From contig JAVWLU010000008.1 of the NCBI GenBank assembly GCA_036637795.1, positions 1,823 through 65,822 on the forward strand: DNA of 64,000 nt, written 5' to 3'. The notes beneath the pieces are model-generated. The model saw only the letters and a list, made by a program, of their open reading frames with translations, was not told the origin of the DNA and made no database searches. Below are positions 48,697 to 59,535 of the stretch, piece by piece. The first letter of the stretch is position 1, and each line of letters opens with the position of its first letter. Both the position numbers and the translations under genes were made by a program. The stretch comes from Clostridium sp. (lineage in GTDB: Bacteria; Bacillota; Clostridia; Clostridiales; Clostridiaceae).

Positions 48697-50337
48697 ATGG
48701 AGAAATATTTCTTTGATTCAAAAAAAGATAAGTATAGTACTTTTAAGGATTTGGTTATTGATAAATTTCCAAGCTTATTGAATGAAATAGCATTAATAAA
48801 TTATAACCATAAGTACTATGAAATAATTGATGAAATTAAAGGTTCAGGGCCAATTGAGTTTGAAGGATATAATACTCAAGAAGGTATAAAGATGTATTCA
48901 AGAACATTACAATATATATTCATAAAATCTGCATTAGATATTTTACCAAATTCCAAAATAACAGTAGAACATAGCATTAGTAAGGGTATTTTTGGTGAAA
49001 TACAAAAAGAAGAACCTTTAAAAGAAGAAGAAATAAAACAAATTAAGAATAGAATGATAGATATTATAAATAAAGATATTCCAATAAAAAGAGTAACAGT
49101 AACAGTTGATGAAGCTATAAAAATATTTGAAGGTTATGGCATGGATGATAAAGTAAGTCTATTGAAACATGTAAGTTTTAAAACTGTAAAACTTTATGAT
49201 TTAGATGGAAGATATGATTATTTTTATGGGAAAATGGCTCCTTCAACAGGAATTATAAAAGCTTTTGATTTAATTTACTATGAACCAGGATTTATTTTAA
49301 GATACCCTGAGAAAGAAAATTTGAATGTGTTACCAGATTTTAAAGAACAAAGAAAAATGTTTAATATATTTATAGAAACTAAAAGATGGCTTAGGATTTT
49401 AGGCGTAGGGGAAGTGGGAAGCTTAAACAATAAAATATTAGATAATGAACTACGTGAATTAGTATTAGTTTGTGAAGCACTTCATGAAAAAAAATTAGCC
49501 AATATAGCTGATATGATAATAGATAAAAAAGATGTTAAATTAGTTTTAGTTGCAGGACCAAGCTCATCAGGAAAAACAACATTTGCAAATAGGCTTGGAG
49601 TTCAATTAAGAGTCAATGGTTCGATACCAATTCCAATATCGTTAGATGATTATTTTGTAGATAGAGATGATACTCCAAAAGATGAAAAGGGAGAGTATGA
49701 TTTTGAAAGTATATATGCTTTAGATTTAGAATTATTTAATGAGCATTTAACAAGGTTATTAAATGGTGAAGAAGTAGAAATACCATCATTTAATTTTAAA
49801 AAGGGACAAAGAGAATGGGTTGCAAATTATAAGAAATTACCTCCGAAAGGTGTTCTTATAATAGAAGGAATTCATGGATTAAATCCAATGTTAACATCAG
49901 CAATAGATGATAAAAATAAATTTAAAATATATATTTCAGCTTTAACACAATTAAATTTAGATAATCATAATAGAATATCAACAACAGATATTAGAAAAGT
50001 AAGAAGAATAGTTAGAGATAGTTTATCAAGAGGATATGGAGCAGAACTAACATTAAATATGTGGCCTTCAATAAGAAGAGGGGAAGAAAAAAATATATTT
50101 GTGTATCAAGAGCAAGCCTATGTAATGTTTAACTCAACAGTAGTATATGAACTATGTGTACTAAAAAAGTATGCATTAGCAGAGCTAAATAAAATACCAG
50201 AAGAGAGTCCTGCGTATTTAGAGGCGTATAGATTGAAATCTTTCTTGGGGTTCTTCAAGGAAATAGATAAGGATATAGTTCCTACTAATTCGATTTTAAG
50301 GGAATTTATTGGAGGAAGCATATTTTATCAATATTAG
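48697..50337 (+). CDS. nucleoside (uridine) kinase with N-terminal ThrRS-like domain
   Basis: AGPSSSGKTT, ISLDDYF, IEGIHGLN; GGAGG RBS. Confidence 0.85.
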   Translation: MEKYFFDSKKDKYSTFKDLVIDKFPSLLNEIALINYNHKYYEIIDEIKGSGPIEFEGYNTQEGIKMYSRTLQYIFIKSALDILPNSKITVEHSISKGIFGEIQKEEPLKEEEIKQIKNRMIDIINKDIPIKRVTVTVDEAIKIFEGYGMDDKVSLLKHVSFKTVKLYDLDGRYDYFYGKMAPSTGIIKAFDLIYYEPGFILRYPEKENLNVLPDFKEQRKMFNIFIETKRWLRILGVGEVGSLNNKILDNELRELVLVCEALHEKKLANIADMIIDKKDVKLVLVAGPSSSGKTTFANRLGVQLRVNGSIPIPISLDDYFVDRDDTPKDEKGEYDFESIYALDLELFNEHLTRLLNGEEVEIPSFNFKKGQREWVANYKKLPPKGVLIIEGIHGLNPMLTSAIDDKNKFKIYISALTQLNLDNHNRISTTDIRKVRRIVRDSLSRGYGAELTLNMWPSIRRGEEKNIFVYQEQAYVMFNSTVVYELCVLKKYALAELNKIPEESPAYLEAYRLKSFLGFFKEIDKDIVPTNSILREFIGGSIFYQY

Positions 50338-50447
50338 TGGTGAAAGGGTGGAATTCTTTCACCCTCAAAATAAATATTGATAATTGAGAACAAAATGATT
50401 TAAACTAAAGCTATACATTTACATAAGAAGAAAGAGGAGAAAAACAA

Positions 50448-51125
50448 ATGAGTGGATTAGGCGTTTTTGATATACTAGGACCAATTATGATTGGACCATC
50501 ATCATCACATACAGCAGGTGCTGCAAGGCTTGGAAAGGTTGCTAGAGCAGTAAGTGATGGAGAAATAAAGGAAGTAACTTTTTATCTTCATGGATCATTT
50601 GCAAAGACATATAAAGGACATGGTACTGATAGAGCATTGGTAGCTGGAATCTTAGGTATGGAACCGGCAGATAAGAATTTAAGATATTCTATGGATATTG
50701 CAAAGGATAAAGGCATTTCTATTGCTTTTGTTGAAACTGATTTAGGTGAAGTTCATCCAAATACAGTTAAGTTTGTAATTAGAACTGAAGATGGAAGAAA
50801 GTCAGAGCTTGTAGGTTCATCAATTGGTGGTGGAATGATTGAAGTTTCTGAAGTTAACGGAAATAAAGTTGAGTTTACAGGAAATTATCCTACGCTTATT
50901 ATTTCTCATAAGGATGTACCAGGGGCTGTTTCAAGAGTAACTAATATTCTTTATAACAATGATATAAACATTGCATTTATGAAGGTGTTTAGATCTAAAA
51001 GAGGATGCTCTGCAACAATGGTATTTGAAGTTGACCACGATGTGGAAGATGAAATCTTAGATGAAATAAAATTAATAGAAGCAATAGATAAAGTTGTACT
51101 AATTAAAGCAGTAGGAGAGGTTTAA
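50448..51125 (+). CDS. sdaAB: Fe-S L-serine dehydratase beta subunit
   Basis: MIGPSSSHTAGA, GHGTD, SIGGG, C-terminal ACT. Confidence 0.94.
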   Translation: MSGLGVFDILGPIMIGPSSSHTAGAARLGKVARAVSDGEIKEVTFYLHGSFAKTYKGHGTDRALVAGILGMEPADKNLRYSMDIAKDKGISIAFVETDLGEVHPNTVKFVIRTEDGRKSELVGSSIGGGMIEVSEVNGNKVEFTGNYPTLIISHKDVPGAVSRVTNILYNNDINIAFMKVFRSKRGCSATMVFEVDHDVEDEILDEIKLIEAIDKVVLIKAVGEV

Positions 51126-51126
51126 T

Positions 51127-52011
51127 ATGAGAGTAGCTAGATTTGGACATGAATTAATAGATATATGCAAAGAAGAAAATATTTCAATAAGTGAATATGC
51201 AATAAGATTAGAAATGGAAAGAGCAGAAAGTTCAAGAGAAGAAGTAATTGAAAGAATGAGAACTAATCTTGAAGTTATGAGAGAAGCTGCTAACGAAGGA
51301 AGAGAACAAGAAGTTTATTCTGTAACTGGATTAATAGGTGGAGATGCTTACAGATTACAAAAATATTTAGAATCTGGAAAATCACTAACAGGAAATGTAA
51401 TGATTCAAGCTATGGCAATGGCATTATCATCATCTGAAGTTAATGCATCAATGGGAAGAATAGTAGCATGCCCAACAGCTGGATCATGTGGAATTTTACC
51501 TTCAGTAGTTTTAACAGCAGCTGAGAAGCTTGAGAAAAATGATGATGAAATAATTGAAGCTCTATTTGCAGCATCTGGTGTTGGAATGATTATTGGAATG
51601 AATGCAACACTTTCAGGAGCAGAAGGTGGATGCCAAGCAGAATGTGGTTCAGGTGCAGCTATGTCATCAGCAGCAGTTGTTGAAATGATGGGTGGAACAC
51701 CAGAGATGTGCTTACATGCAGGTGCAATAGTAATGAAAAATATTTTAGGATTAGTATGCGATCCAGTTGCAGGATTAGTAGAGATTCCATGTGCAAAAAG
51801 AAATGCAGCAGGAGCTATAAGTGCATTATGTACAGCTGATATGGTTATGGCTGGTGTAGAGTCTAAAATACCATTTGATGATACAGTATTAGCTATGTAT
51901 AAAATAGGTAAATCACTTCCTTCAGCATTAAGAGAAACTGGACTTGGGGGAGTAGCAGCAACACCATCTGGATTAGTGTTAAAGAAAAAAGTATTTCCAG
52001 AAGATATGTAA
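51127..52011 (+). CDS. sdaAA: Fe-S L-serine dehydratase alpha subunit
   Basis: PTAGSCG, GGCQAECG, GLVCDPVAGLVEIPC. Confidence 0.95.
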   Translation: MRVARFGHELIDICKEENISISEYAIRLEMERAESSREEVIERMRTNLEVMREAANEGREQEVYSVTGLIGGDAYRLQKYLESGKSLTGNVMIQAMAMALSSSEVNASMGRIVACPTAGSCGILPSVVLTAAEKLEKNDDEIIEALFAASGVGMIIGMNATLSGAEGGCQAECGSGAAMSSAAVVEMMGGTPEMCLHAGAIVMKNILGLVCDPVAGLVEIPCAKRNAAGAISALCTADMVMAGVESKIPFDDTVLAMYKIGKSLPSALRETGLGGVAATPSGLVLKKKVFPEDM

Positions 52012-52057
52012 CTAGTGTAAAATAAAATATAATATGGAAAAACAAGGGGGAGATAAA

Positions 52058-52558
52058 ATGGATAATAAATCTCTAGCTAAAAAGTTAGCTTTATGTGGAG
52101 TGCTTATAGCAGTTGGAACTGTTTTAGGATCATTTTATATTCCTATCTTAGGGTCAAAGATGTCTCCTACACAGCACTTTATAAATGTAGTAGCAGCAGT
52201 AGTATTAGGTCCAGGTTATGGAGTTGGATGTGCATTTTCAATTTCATTTATGAGGAACTTAATGGGGACAGGGAGTTTATTAGCTTTTCCAGGAAGTATG
52301 ATAGGTGCTTTTTTAGCTGGTATTATATATAAAAGATTTAAAAGTATTGAAGGAGCAGCAGTTGGAGAAGTAATTGGAACGGGGATTTTAGGTGCATTAG
52401 CAGCTTATCCACTTGCATCTTTAGTATTAGGTAAAGATGTAGCATTATTTTTCTATGTAGTTCCTTTCTGTATAAGTTCTTTTGGAGGAAGTATTGCAGC
52501 ATATGCGTTACTTAAAGTGAAAAATGTTAGAGAAACTTTGGTAAAGGTAAATAATTAG
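52058..52558 (+). CDS. thiW: ECF S-component, thiazole transporter
   Basis: QHFINV, RNLMGTGSLLAFPGSMIGA, GEVIGTG. Confidence 0.9.
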   Translation: MDNKSLAKKLALCGVLIAVGTVLGSFYIPILGSKMSPTQHFINVVAAVVLGPGYGVGCAFSISFMRNLMGTGSLLAFPGSMIGAFLAGIIYKRFKSIEGAAVGEVIGTGILGALAAYPLASLVLGKDVALFFYVVPFCISSFGGSIAAYALLKVKNVRETLVKVNN

Positions 52559-52578
52559 GGTACTTAGGAGGGGTTAAA

Positions 52579-53382
52579 ATGAAAATAGCATTAACAATTG
52601 CAGGATCAGATTCTTGTGGTGGAGCAGGTATTCAAGCAGATTTAAAATCATTTTCAGCAAATGGTGTCTTTGGAATGAGTGTGATAACAGCGGTTACAGC
52701 ACAAAATTCAACAGGTGTATTTGGAATTCAAGATATAAATCCTGAGATGATAAAAAGTCAAATAAAAGTGTTATTTGATGACATAGATATTGATGCAGTT
52801 AAAATTGGGATGGTATCAAAAATAGAATCAATAAAAGCCATTGCGGATAGTTTAAAGGAAGTAAAGAATTTACCTAAAATAGTTTTAGATCCAGTTATGG
52901 TTTCAAAAAGTGGATTTAAGCTTTTATCTGTTGATGCAAAGGTAACATTAATTAATGAATTACTTCCACTAGCAACATTAATAACTCCAAATCTTCCAGA
53001 AGCAGAGGAGATTTTAGATTGTAAAATTACCACTTTAGAAGATATGGAAAAAGCTGCAATAAAATTAAAAGAATTAGGACCAGAATTTGTTTTGATTAAG
53101 GGTGGACATCTTGAAGGTGATGCAACAGATATATTATTTGACGGTAGAGAGTTTGTTTATTTAAGACAAGAAAGAATTAATACAAAGAATACTCATGGTA
53201 CAGGCTGTACATTATCATCAGCAATTGCTGCAAACCTAGCAAAGGGACAAGATATTATAGAGTCAGTAAAAAATGCAAAGACATATATTACTGGAGCTAT
53301 TGAAAATTCTTTAGTTGTTGGAAAGGGTGTAGGCCCGACTCATCATTTCTTTGAATTGTATAAAAAAGCAGGATTAGAATAA
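52579..53382 (+). CDS. thiD: hydroxymethylpyrimidine/phosphomethylpyrimidine kinase
   Basis: TIAGSDSCGGAGIQADLK, TPNLPEA, THGTGCT. Confidence 0.95.
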   Translation: MKIALTIAGSDSCGGAGIQADLKSFSANGVFGMSVITAVTAQNSTGVFGIQDINPEMIKSQIKVLFDDIDIDAVKIGMVSKIESIKAIADSLKEVKNLPKIVLDPVMVSKSGFKLLSVDAKVTLINELLPLATLITPNLPEAEEILDCKITTLEDMEKAAIKLKELGPEFVLIKGGHLEGDATDILFDGREFVYLRQERINTKNTHGTGCTLSSAIAANLAKGQDIIESVKNAKTYITGAIENSLVVGKGVGPTHHFFELYKKAGLE

Positions 53383-53524
53383 AAGAAATTTGCTGTAGAT
53401 TTAGAATATATATTTAGATAAGCAAATGAGAACCAAAAGTAATTTTGTCGAATACTATATTATAGCCAAAGCATAAGGTTTGCAGAAAACCTAATCTGGT
53501 AAATGTGATAAGAGGAGCAAGCTT

Positions 53525-54376
53525 ATGAAGCTTACAGTAGATGCTATATCAAATATTTTAAAAAAGCAACATGATGAACAGCCTTTGATACATTGTATAT
53601 CTAATTTTGTATCTATGAATGATTTAGCACAAACTATTTTGTGTTATAATGGCAAGCCAATTATGGCTCATGGAATAGAAGAAATGGGCGAAATAACTCT
53701 AATGGCAAAGGCTTTGTTAATTAACTTAGGAACATTAGATAGCGTAAGATTAAAAGCTATGGAACAAGCAATAAAAGTTGCTCATAGAAGAAAAATTCCA
53801 GTAATAATTGATCCAGTTGGGGTTCATGCTTCTTTCTTTAGAAGAGAGGCAGCTATAAGATTAATATCAAGATATGATATTGATGTAATAAAAGGTAATT
53901 TATCTGAGATTAAGATTTTAATAGATAGTGAAATAGATAGTGATTATATTGGATTAGATTCTTTAGATTCAGGAATAAAGGAAAATTGTGAGCTTAGAGA
54001 AAGCATAAGAATTTTTGCAAAAAGAAGTAAAACAATAATTGTTGTTACAGGCAAAGAGGATTATATAACTGATGGCTTTAGTGAGTTCTTTATTCAAAAT
54101 GGAGCTGAAAAGTTTACCAAAATAACAGGTGTTGGTTGTATACTAGGTGGAATGATAGCTGTTGGACTTGGTGTGGCTAAGACAAAAGAAGAAAAGGTAC
54201 AAGCTATAATAACAGCAGTAGAAGCCATGGGGGTATGCCAAGAATTAGCACTTAAAAGGTTAAAAGAAAATGAAGGTATAATGACTTTGAAAAATTATTT
54301 ATTAGATGAAATATCAATGATTACAGATAAAAAAATAGATAAGATGGGAAAAGTGGTATATGAATTTACAAGATAA
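53525..54376 (+). CDS. thiM: hydroxyethylthiazole kinase
   Basis: INLGTL, DPVG, KGNLSEI, ITGVGC. Confidence 0.9.
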   Translation: MKLTVDAISNILKKQHDEQPLIHCISNFVSMNDLAQTILCYNGKPIMAHGIEEMGEITLMAKALLINLGTLDSVRLKAMEQAIKVAHRRKIPVIIDPVGVHASFFRREAAIRLISRYDIDVIKGNLSEIKILIDSEIDSDYIGLDSLDSGIKENCELRESIRIFAKRSKTIIVVTGKEDYITDGFSEFFIQNGAEKFTKITGVGCILGGMIAVGLGVAKTKEEKVQAIITAVEAMGVCQELALKRLKENEGIMTLKNYLLDEISMITDKKIDKMGKVVYEFTR

Positions 54377-54980
54377 GAAGTTATATTTAATAACCGATGA
54401 AAGTATTAGTTTTGATTTATTAAAATATAAAGTAGAAGAGGCTTTAAAATCTGGAGTAAGATTACTTCAATATAGAAGAAAAAATGCTTCAACGAGAGAA
54501 TTATGCAATGAAGCTTTAGAACTTAAGTCGATTTGTCAAAGATATGAATGTATATTTTTAATTAATGATAGGATAGATGTTGCATTAGCTATTGATGCAG
54601 ATGGAGTTCATCTTGGTCAAGATGATATGGACATTGAAATTGCAAAAAGACTTTTAAAAGATAACAAAATAATAGGAATAACAGCAAAAACAATAGAGCA
54701 AGCTACAGAAGCAGAGAGCAAAGGAGCAAGCTATATTGGAGTAGGTGCATTAAATAAAAGCCCTACAAAGACAAATGCTAAACAAATAACAGTAGATGAA
54801 CTTAAGAACATAAGAAACTCTGTAAAGATTCCAATGTTCGGAATAGGTGGAATAACTAAAGATAATTTAACAAAAGATATTATAGAAAACGTAACTGGGG
54901 TATGTGCAATTTCAGCAGTACTAGAAAAGAATGATATTAAAAAAGCAGTAAATGAAATAGTTGATTGCTTTAATAGATAA
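54360..54980 (+). CDS. thiE: thiamine-phosphate synthase
   Basis: LYLITD, QYRRK, INDRIDVALA, GVHLGQDD. Confidence 0.93.
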   Translation: MNLQDKKLYLITDESISFDLLKYKVEEALKSGVRLLQYRRKNASTRELCNEALELKSICQRYECIFLINDRIDVALAIDADGVHLGQDDMDIEIAKRLLKDNKIIGITAKTIEQATEAESKGASYIGVGALNKSPTKTNAKQITVDELKNIRNSVKIPMFGIGGITKDNLTKDIIENVTGVCAISAVLEKNDIKKAVNEIVDCFNR

Positions 54981-55017
54981 TTAAATATGTTTAAAATTAA
55001 ACTAGAATTAATAGTTT

Positions 55018-55127
55018 AAGATAATGATTAAGTTACAATTATAAATACTAAATTAATATAAATATAAATGAGTGTTTTTATATTTATTAATTAGTAATGT
55101 AAGTTGTAATTTAGTCGTTATTTTTTT
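55018..55127 (+). terminator. long hairpin with T tail after thiE
   Basis: AAGATAATGATTAAGTTACAATT pairs with AGTTGTAATTTAGTCGTTATTTT using G-U pairs; AT-rich inner stem. Confidence 0.6.
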
Positions 55128-55352
55128 GTTCTAATATATATTTATTACTTATAGAAATTAATATCTTTGTAATATTAATATTGTATATCTTATGAAGTAT
55201 AGCAATGACTATATAAGGTTAAATTTTGATATTAAATGGTGTATGGTTAGGATACTGAGATATTATTAATATGTAAATAAAGTTAAGATAATGTTAAGTT
55301 GTAACAAAAATGGAATTAATGTAAAATTATATATGAGCGTTAATCTAGGGGG

Positions 55353-56219
55353 ATGAGAATTATGAGGATTAAAAATAATAATGTTATAAAACTAATAACA
55401 GAAAGATCCTATGTAAAGAGATTATCTATAGGAAAAGCAATCGGATTAATTTTAGTAGCAGAACTTTTACATGCTTTAATGTCGGCAATATTTATAGTAT
55501 TTACTGAAGGTATTGCAGGTAATTTAAGTGAAGTTCAATATATGTGGTTTGAATTGATTACTACAGGTATAATACTGAGATTTATAGCTACGATGATAGT
55601 AATTAATATGTACACTCAACATCATAATGAAGAGTTTAAAGGTAAAAAATTAAAAATTAATTATAAAGATTATATATTAGCTATAGTTATAATGATATCT
55701 TATATATTAATTACATATGGGATAATAGATGAAATATTATTTTCATTACCAATGTTAATTCCTGATGAGTTAGTTAATATTATGATTGAAGAATATGAAA
55801 AAATGACACCAGCAATTAATTTTGTTAGTACAGTTTTATGTGCTGCATTTTTTGAAGAGATAGTTTTTAGAGGGTTAGTATTAAAAGGATTATTAAATCG
55901 ATATAGTCCTAAAAAAGCTATTATATACTCAGCTATAGCATTTGGAGTAATTCATTTAAATTTACCACAAGGATTAAATGCTTTTGCAATTGGATTAGTT
56001 TTTGGAATAATATATTATTACACAAGATCATTACCACTTTGTATGGCAATGCATGCAACAAATAATTTCTTGGTTGATTTTATAATAGTACCAGATAATT
56101 TTATGGTTAAAATAGCTTTATACATAATAATTCCAATAGTAGGAGTATTATTATTTAGATTTTGTTCAATGAAGTTAAATTTAAGACAGAGAGCAATAGA
56201 TGAAGATATAATTTTATAA
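55353..56219 (+). CDS. CPBP (CAAX/Abi) intramembrane metalloprotease
   Basis: EEIVFRG, FGVIH, MHATNN. Confidence 0.9.
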   Translation: MRIMRIKNNNVIKLITERSYVKRLSIGKAIGLILVAELLHALMSAIFIVFTEGIAGNLSEVQYMWFELITTGIILRFIATMIVINMYTQHHNEEFKGKKLKINYKDYILAIVIMISYILITYGIIDEILFSLPMLIPDELVNIMIEEYEKMTPAINFVSTVLCAAFFEEIVFRGLVLKGLLNRYSPKKAIIYSAIAFGVIHLNLPQGLNAFAIGLVFGIIYYYTRSLPLCMAMHATNNFLVDFIIVPDNFMVKIALYIIIPIVGVLLFRFCSMKLNLRQRAIDEDIIL

Positions 56220-56458
56220 TTTTTATTTTATGTGGATTTCAATTTTAATATTCAAGTGAGGCTGTATCATATTTTTTGATACAGTCTTAATTTATATAAA
56301 AAATAAATTAATTAATGACTAGGTAATTAGAGAAGGGTTAATAATTATTAATAATAAGGAGTATTAATATATTTTAATAGTTATACAAAATAGTTTATAA
56401 TATAGATATTATAAAAAGAAAATAAATTATAGATGAGGCTTCATAAGTAGGTAAATAA

Positions 56459-58213
56459 ATGAATGATATTTTTATAAATTTAGAGAAGTATTTTGGATAT
56501 AAACAATTTAAAGAAGGTCAATACGAACTTATAAGTAGTATTTTAAATAAAAGAGATGTTTTAGCTATTTTGCCAACAGGGGGAGGAAAGTCTCTTTGTT
56601 ATCAACTTCCAGGAGTAATGCTTTCTGGAATTACTATAGTTATTTCACCTCTTATTTCTCTTATGAAGGATCAAGTTGATAATATAAATCAAGCTGGTAT
56701 AAACTCGGATTTTATTAATAGTACTAAGAAAATAACTGAAATAAATGAAATTATAGATAAGTGCTATAACAATGAAATAAAACTACTGTATATTGCACCA
56801 GAGAGGTTAGAAAATGAAAAGTTTATAAATAGGTTAAGAGGGCTTAGAATTTCTCAAGTAGCAGTGGATGAAGCTCACTGTATTTCTATGTGGGGACATG
56901 ATTTTAGACCTAGCTATAGAAAAATACTTCCATTTATAAATAGTTTAAGAAGTAAACCAGTTGTATCTGCATTTACAGGCACAGCTACGAAGGAAGTAAA
57001 AAAAGACATATTAGAATTACTTGGATTATCAAATCCATATACATATACACTTAGTGCAAATAGACCTAACTTAGAAATAAATGTACTAAAAGAAGAGGAT
57101 AAACTAGAATTTATAAAAGATAAGATTAAAGAGTATGAAGAGGAATCAGGAATAATATATTGTTTAACTAGAAAAGAAGTTGAATGGATGTATGGATATT
57201 TAAGAGAACTTGGTTATAGTGTTTGTAAATATCATGGTGGATTAAAGGATGAGGAAAAAGAAGATTTCCAAGAAAGATTCTTAAGTGATGAAATAAATGT
57301 AATGATAGCAACTAATGCATTTGGAATGGGTATAGATAAGTCTAATATTAGATATATTATTCATGCTTCAATACCTAAAAATTTAGAATGTTATTATCAA
57401 GAAATAGGTAGAGCAGGACGTGATGGCGAAAGAGCGTGGTGTTATTTACTTTATTCTAGAGATGATATTAGAAATGTTGAATATATGCTAAGTTCAACTA
57501 CAACAATGAGTAGAATGCCTATTGAACTAAAAAAACTACAAGGTATGGTAGATTTTTGTGAAGAAGAAGGGTGCTATAGGAGTAATATTCTAAAATACTT
57601 TGGAGAAGAAAATAGTCAGGATTATTGTAATAGTTGCAGTAATTGCTATAAAGATGAGAGTATTAGGGATTATACAATAGAAGCACAGAAAATACTTTCA
57701 TGTGTGTATAGAACAAGAGAGAGTTTTGGAATATCAGTTTTAATAGATGTATTAAGAGGGTTTACAGGACCTAAAATTAATCAGTATAAATTAAATACAT
57801 TATCTACATATGGAATTATGAAAGAATATAATTCTAAGTTTATTAGAGATATAATAAAAACATTAGTAGATTTAGGTTACGTAAGCTTAAAGGAAGGAAC
57901 GTACTCTATGCTTAAATTAAATGAGAGAAGTTACAAGGTGCTAAAGGGAAAAGAAAAAGTACTTTGTAAGTTATCAGCTAATGTTGAAGAAAAGGTAATA
58001 AATAAAGATTTATTTGATAAATTAAGATTATGGAGAAAGTCAGTAGCTTTTAAAGAACAAACAAAACCATATATTATTTGTTCAGACTCAACTCTTATTG
58101 AACTTGCAAACATAATGCCAAAAACTAAGGAAGAATTGTTTGAAATAAGAGGAATGGGAGAAAAGAAGGTTTCAAAATATGGAGATGAGATACTAAATAT
58201 AATATCATCCTAG
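56459..58213 (+). CDS. recQ: DNA helicase RecQ
   Basis: PTGGGKS, DEAHC, QEIGRAGRDG, Zn cysteines, RQC and HRDC domains. Confidence 0.95.
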   Translation: MNDIFINLEKYFGYKQFKEGQYELISSILNKRDVLAILPTGGGKSLCYQLPGVMLSGITIVISPLISLMKDQVDNINQAGINSDFINSTKKITEINEIIDKCYNNEIKLLYIAPERLENEKFINRLRGLRISQVAVDEAHCISMWGHDFRPSYRKILPFINSLRSKPVVSAFTGTATKEVKKDILELLGLSNPYTYTLSANRPNLEINVLKEEDKLEFIKDKIKEYEEESGIIYCLTRKEVEWMYGYLRELGYSVCKYHGGLKDEEKEDFQERFLSDEINVMIATNAFGMGIDKSNIRYIIHASIPKNLECYYQEIGRAGRDGERAWCYLLYSRDDIRNVEYMLSSTTTMSRMPIELKKLQGMVDFCEEEGCYRSNILKYFGEENSQDYCNSCSNCYKDESIRDYTIEAQKILSCVYRTRESFGISVLIDVLRGFTGPKINQYKLNTLSTYGIMKEYNSKFIRDIIKTLVDLGYVSLKEGTYSMLKLNERSYKVLKGKEKVLCKLSANVEEKVINKDLFDKLRLWRKSVAFKEQTKPYIICSDSTLIELANIMPKTKEELFEIRGMGEKKVSKYGDEILNIISS

Positions 58214-58321
58214 AATAACTACATAAAATAAACATAATGTATTGATACAAATGATGATAGAAGGACTTGATATTTTTATGGTAAGAGTATTAATAAATAT
58301 GGAAAAATAAATTGGAAAAAA

Positions 58322-58350
58322 TTGAAATGTGCTAAAAAGAAGAGTAAAAT
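58322..58350 (+). promoter_or_regulatory. sigma-A promoter of the thiS operon leader
   Basis: TTGAAA, 17 nt, TAAAAT just upstream of the riboswitch. Confidence 0.7.
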
Positions 58351-58367
58351 AAAAGTACAAGTTAATA

Positions 58368-58516
58368 GATGCTAGGGGTGCCGTTAATGGCTGAGAGGAA
58401 TTTATAATTCTAACTCTTAGGCATATGAAAATAAATAATAGGCTAGCATACTGGTCTATTATTTATTTGATTGTGCCATATCACCTGATTTAGGTAATTC
58501 TAACGAAGGGAAGCGA
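58368..58516 (+). ncRNA. TPP riboswitch aptamer with an inserted hairpin
   Basis: GCTAGGGGTGCC...GGCTGAGAG...ACCTGAT-TTAGG-TAAT-TCTAA-CGAAGGGAAGC; upstream of thiSFGH. Confidence 0.92.
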
Positions 58517-58559
58517 TAATTATTAAATTTATAATAGCCAATTATATATTTTAATATTT

Positions 58560-58597
58560 AAAAGCCTAGCAGATTTTATATTTGTTAGGCTTTTTTG
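58560..58597 (+). terminator. riboswitch expression-platform terminator
   Basis: AAAAGCCTAGCAGA...TTTGTTAGGCTTTTTT; its CCTAGC can alternatively pair with aptamer GCTAGG. Confidence 0.85.
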
Positions 58598-58700
58598 TGC
58601 TTGAAATAATAGAAAAATAATTTCTTGTTATTAAATGGTATGTTATTTTGATGTTTATTCTTATTCTTATGAAAATACAAATAAAAAAGGAGGGATTGAA

Positions 58701-58895
58701 TTGATACTAAATGGTAAAAATGTTGAATTAGAAAATGAAATTACTATAGATGAATTATTATCGATATATAAAATTGATAATTCTAGAGTTGTGGTTGAAC
58801 TTAATATGGAGATTATATCTAAAGATGATTATAAAAAAATAAAGGTTAAGTCTAAAGATACAATTGAGGTTATTTCATTTGTTGGAGGGGGCTAA
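58701..58895 (+). CDS. thiS: sulfur carrier protein
   Basis: C-terminal FVGGG; TTG start behind AGGAGG. Confidence 0.92.
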   Translation: MILNGKNVELENEITIDELLSIYKIDNSRVVVELNMEIISKDDYKKIKVKSKDTIEVISFVGGG

Positions 58896-58899
58896 GTTT

Positions 58900-59535
58900 A
58901 TGAATATGGATAATGAATTAATTGAATCAATGGTATCTAGGCATACACCAGGTGTTTATGAAAAGGTTAGTAATATTAAGGTTGGAATAGCAGGGGCAGG
59001 TGGTATTGGATCGAATGTTGCAGTTTCTTTATCAAGACTTGGAATCGGAGAAATAACTGTAGTAGATTTTGATACTGTTGAGGCTTCTAATTTAAATAGG
59101 CAGCAATATTTTATTGAGGATATAGGTAAGTATAAAGTAAATGCATTAAAAGATATTATAAAAAGAATTAATCCATTTATAAGAGTGAATGCAATTGTAG
59201 CTAAGATAGATTCAGAAAATGTGAATGATTATTTTAAAGATGTGGATATAATTATAGAAGCTTTTGATGGGGCTGAGAATAAAGCAATGATAAGTAATTA
59301 TGTTCTTACTAAAATGAGAGACAAGTATTTAGTTGCATCATCAGGGATGGCAGGGTATAGTTCTTCAAATATAATTACAACAAAAAAAATAAGAGATAAG
59401 TTTTATTTATGTGGTGACTTCGTAAATGAAGTCAATGATGAATCAGGGGTAATGGCTCCTAGGGTATTAATTTGTGCAAATCATATGGCTAATATGGTAC
59501 TAAGAATAATTATGGGACAGAAGGAGATTGAGTAA
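58900..59535 (+). CDS. thiF: ThiS adenylyltransferase
   Basis: [24 protein letters not shown]. Confidence 0.92.
   Translation: MNMDNELIESMVSRHTPGVYEKVSNIKVGIAGAGGIGSNVAVSLSRLGIGEITVVDFDTVEASNLNRQQYFIEDIGKYKVNALKDIIKRINPFIRVNAIVAKIDSENVNDYFKDVDIIIEAFDGAENKAMISNYVLTKMRDKYLVASSGMAGYSSSNIITTKKIRDKFYLCGDFVNEVNDESGVMAPRVLICANHMANMVLRIIMGQKEIE

Noticed and set aside
53383-53524. Riboswitch between thiD and thiM
   Set aside because: Only a short AGGTTT/AAACCT hairpin; no TPP core motifs.
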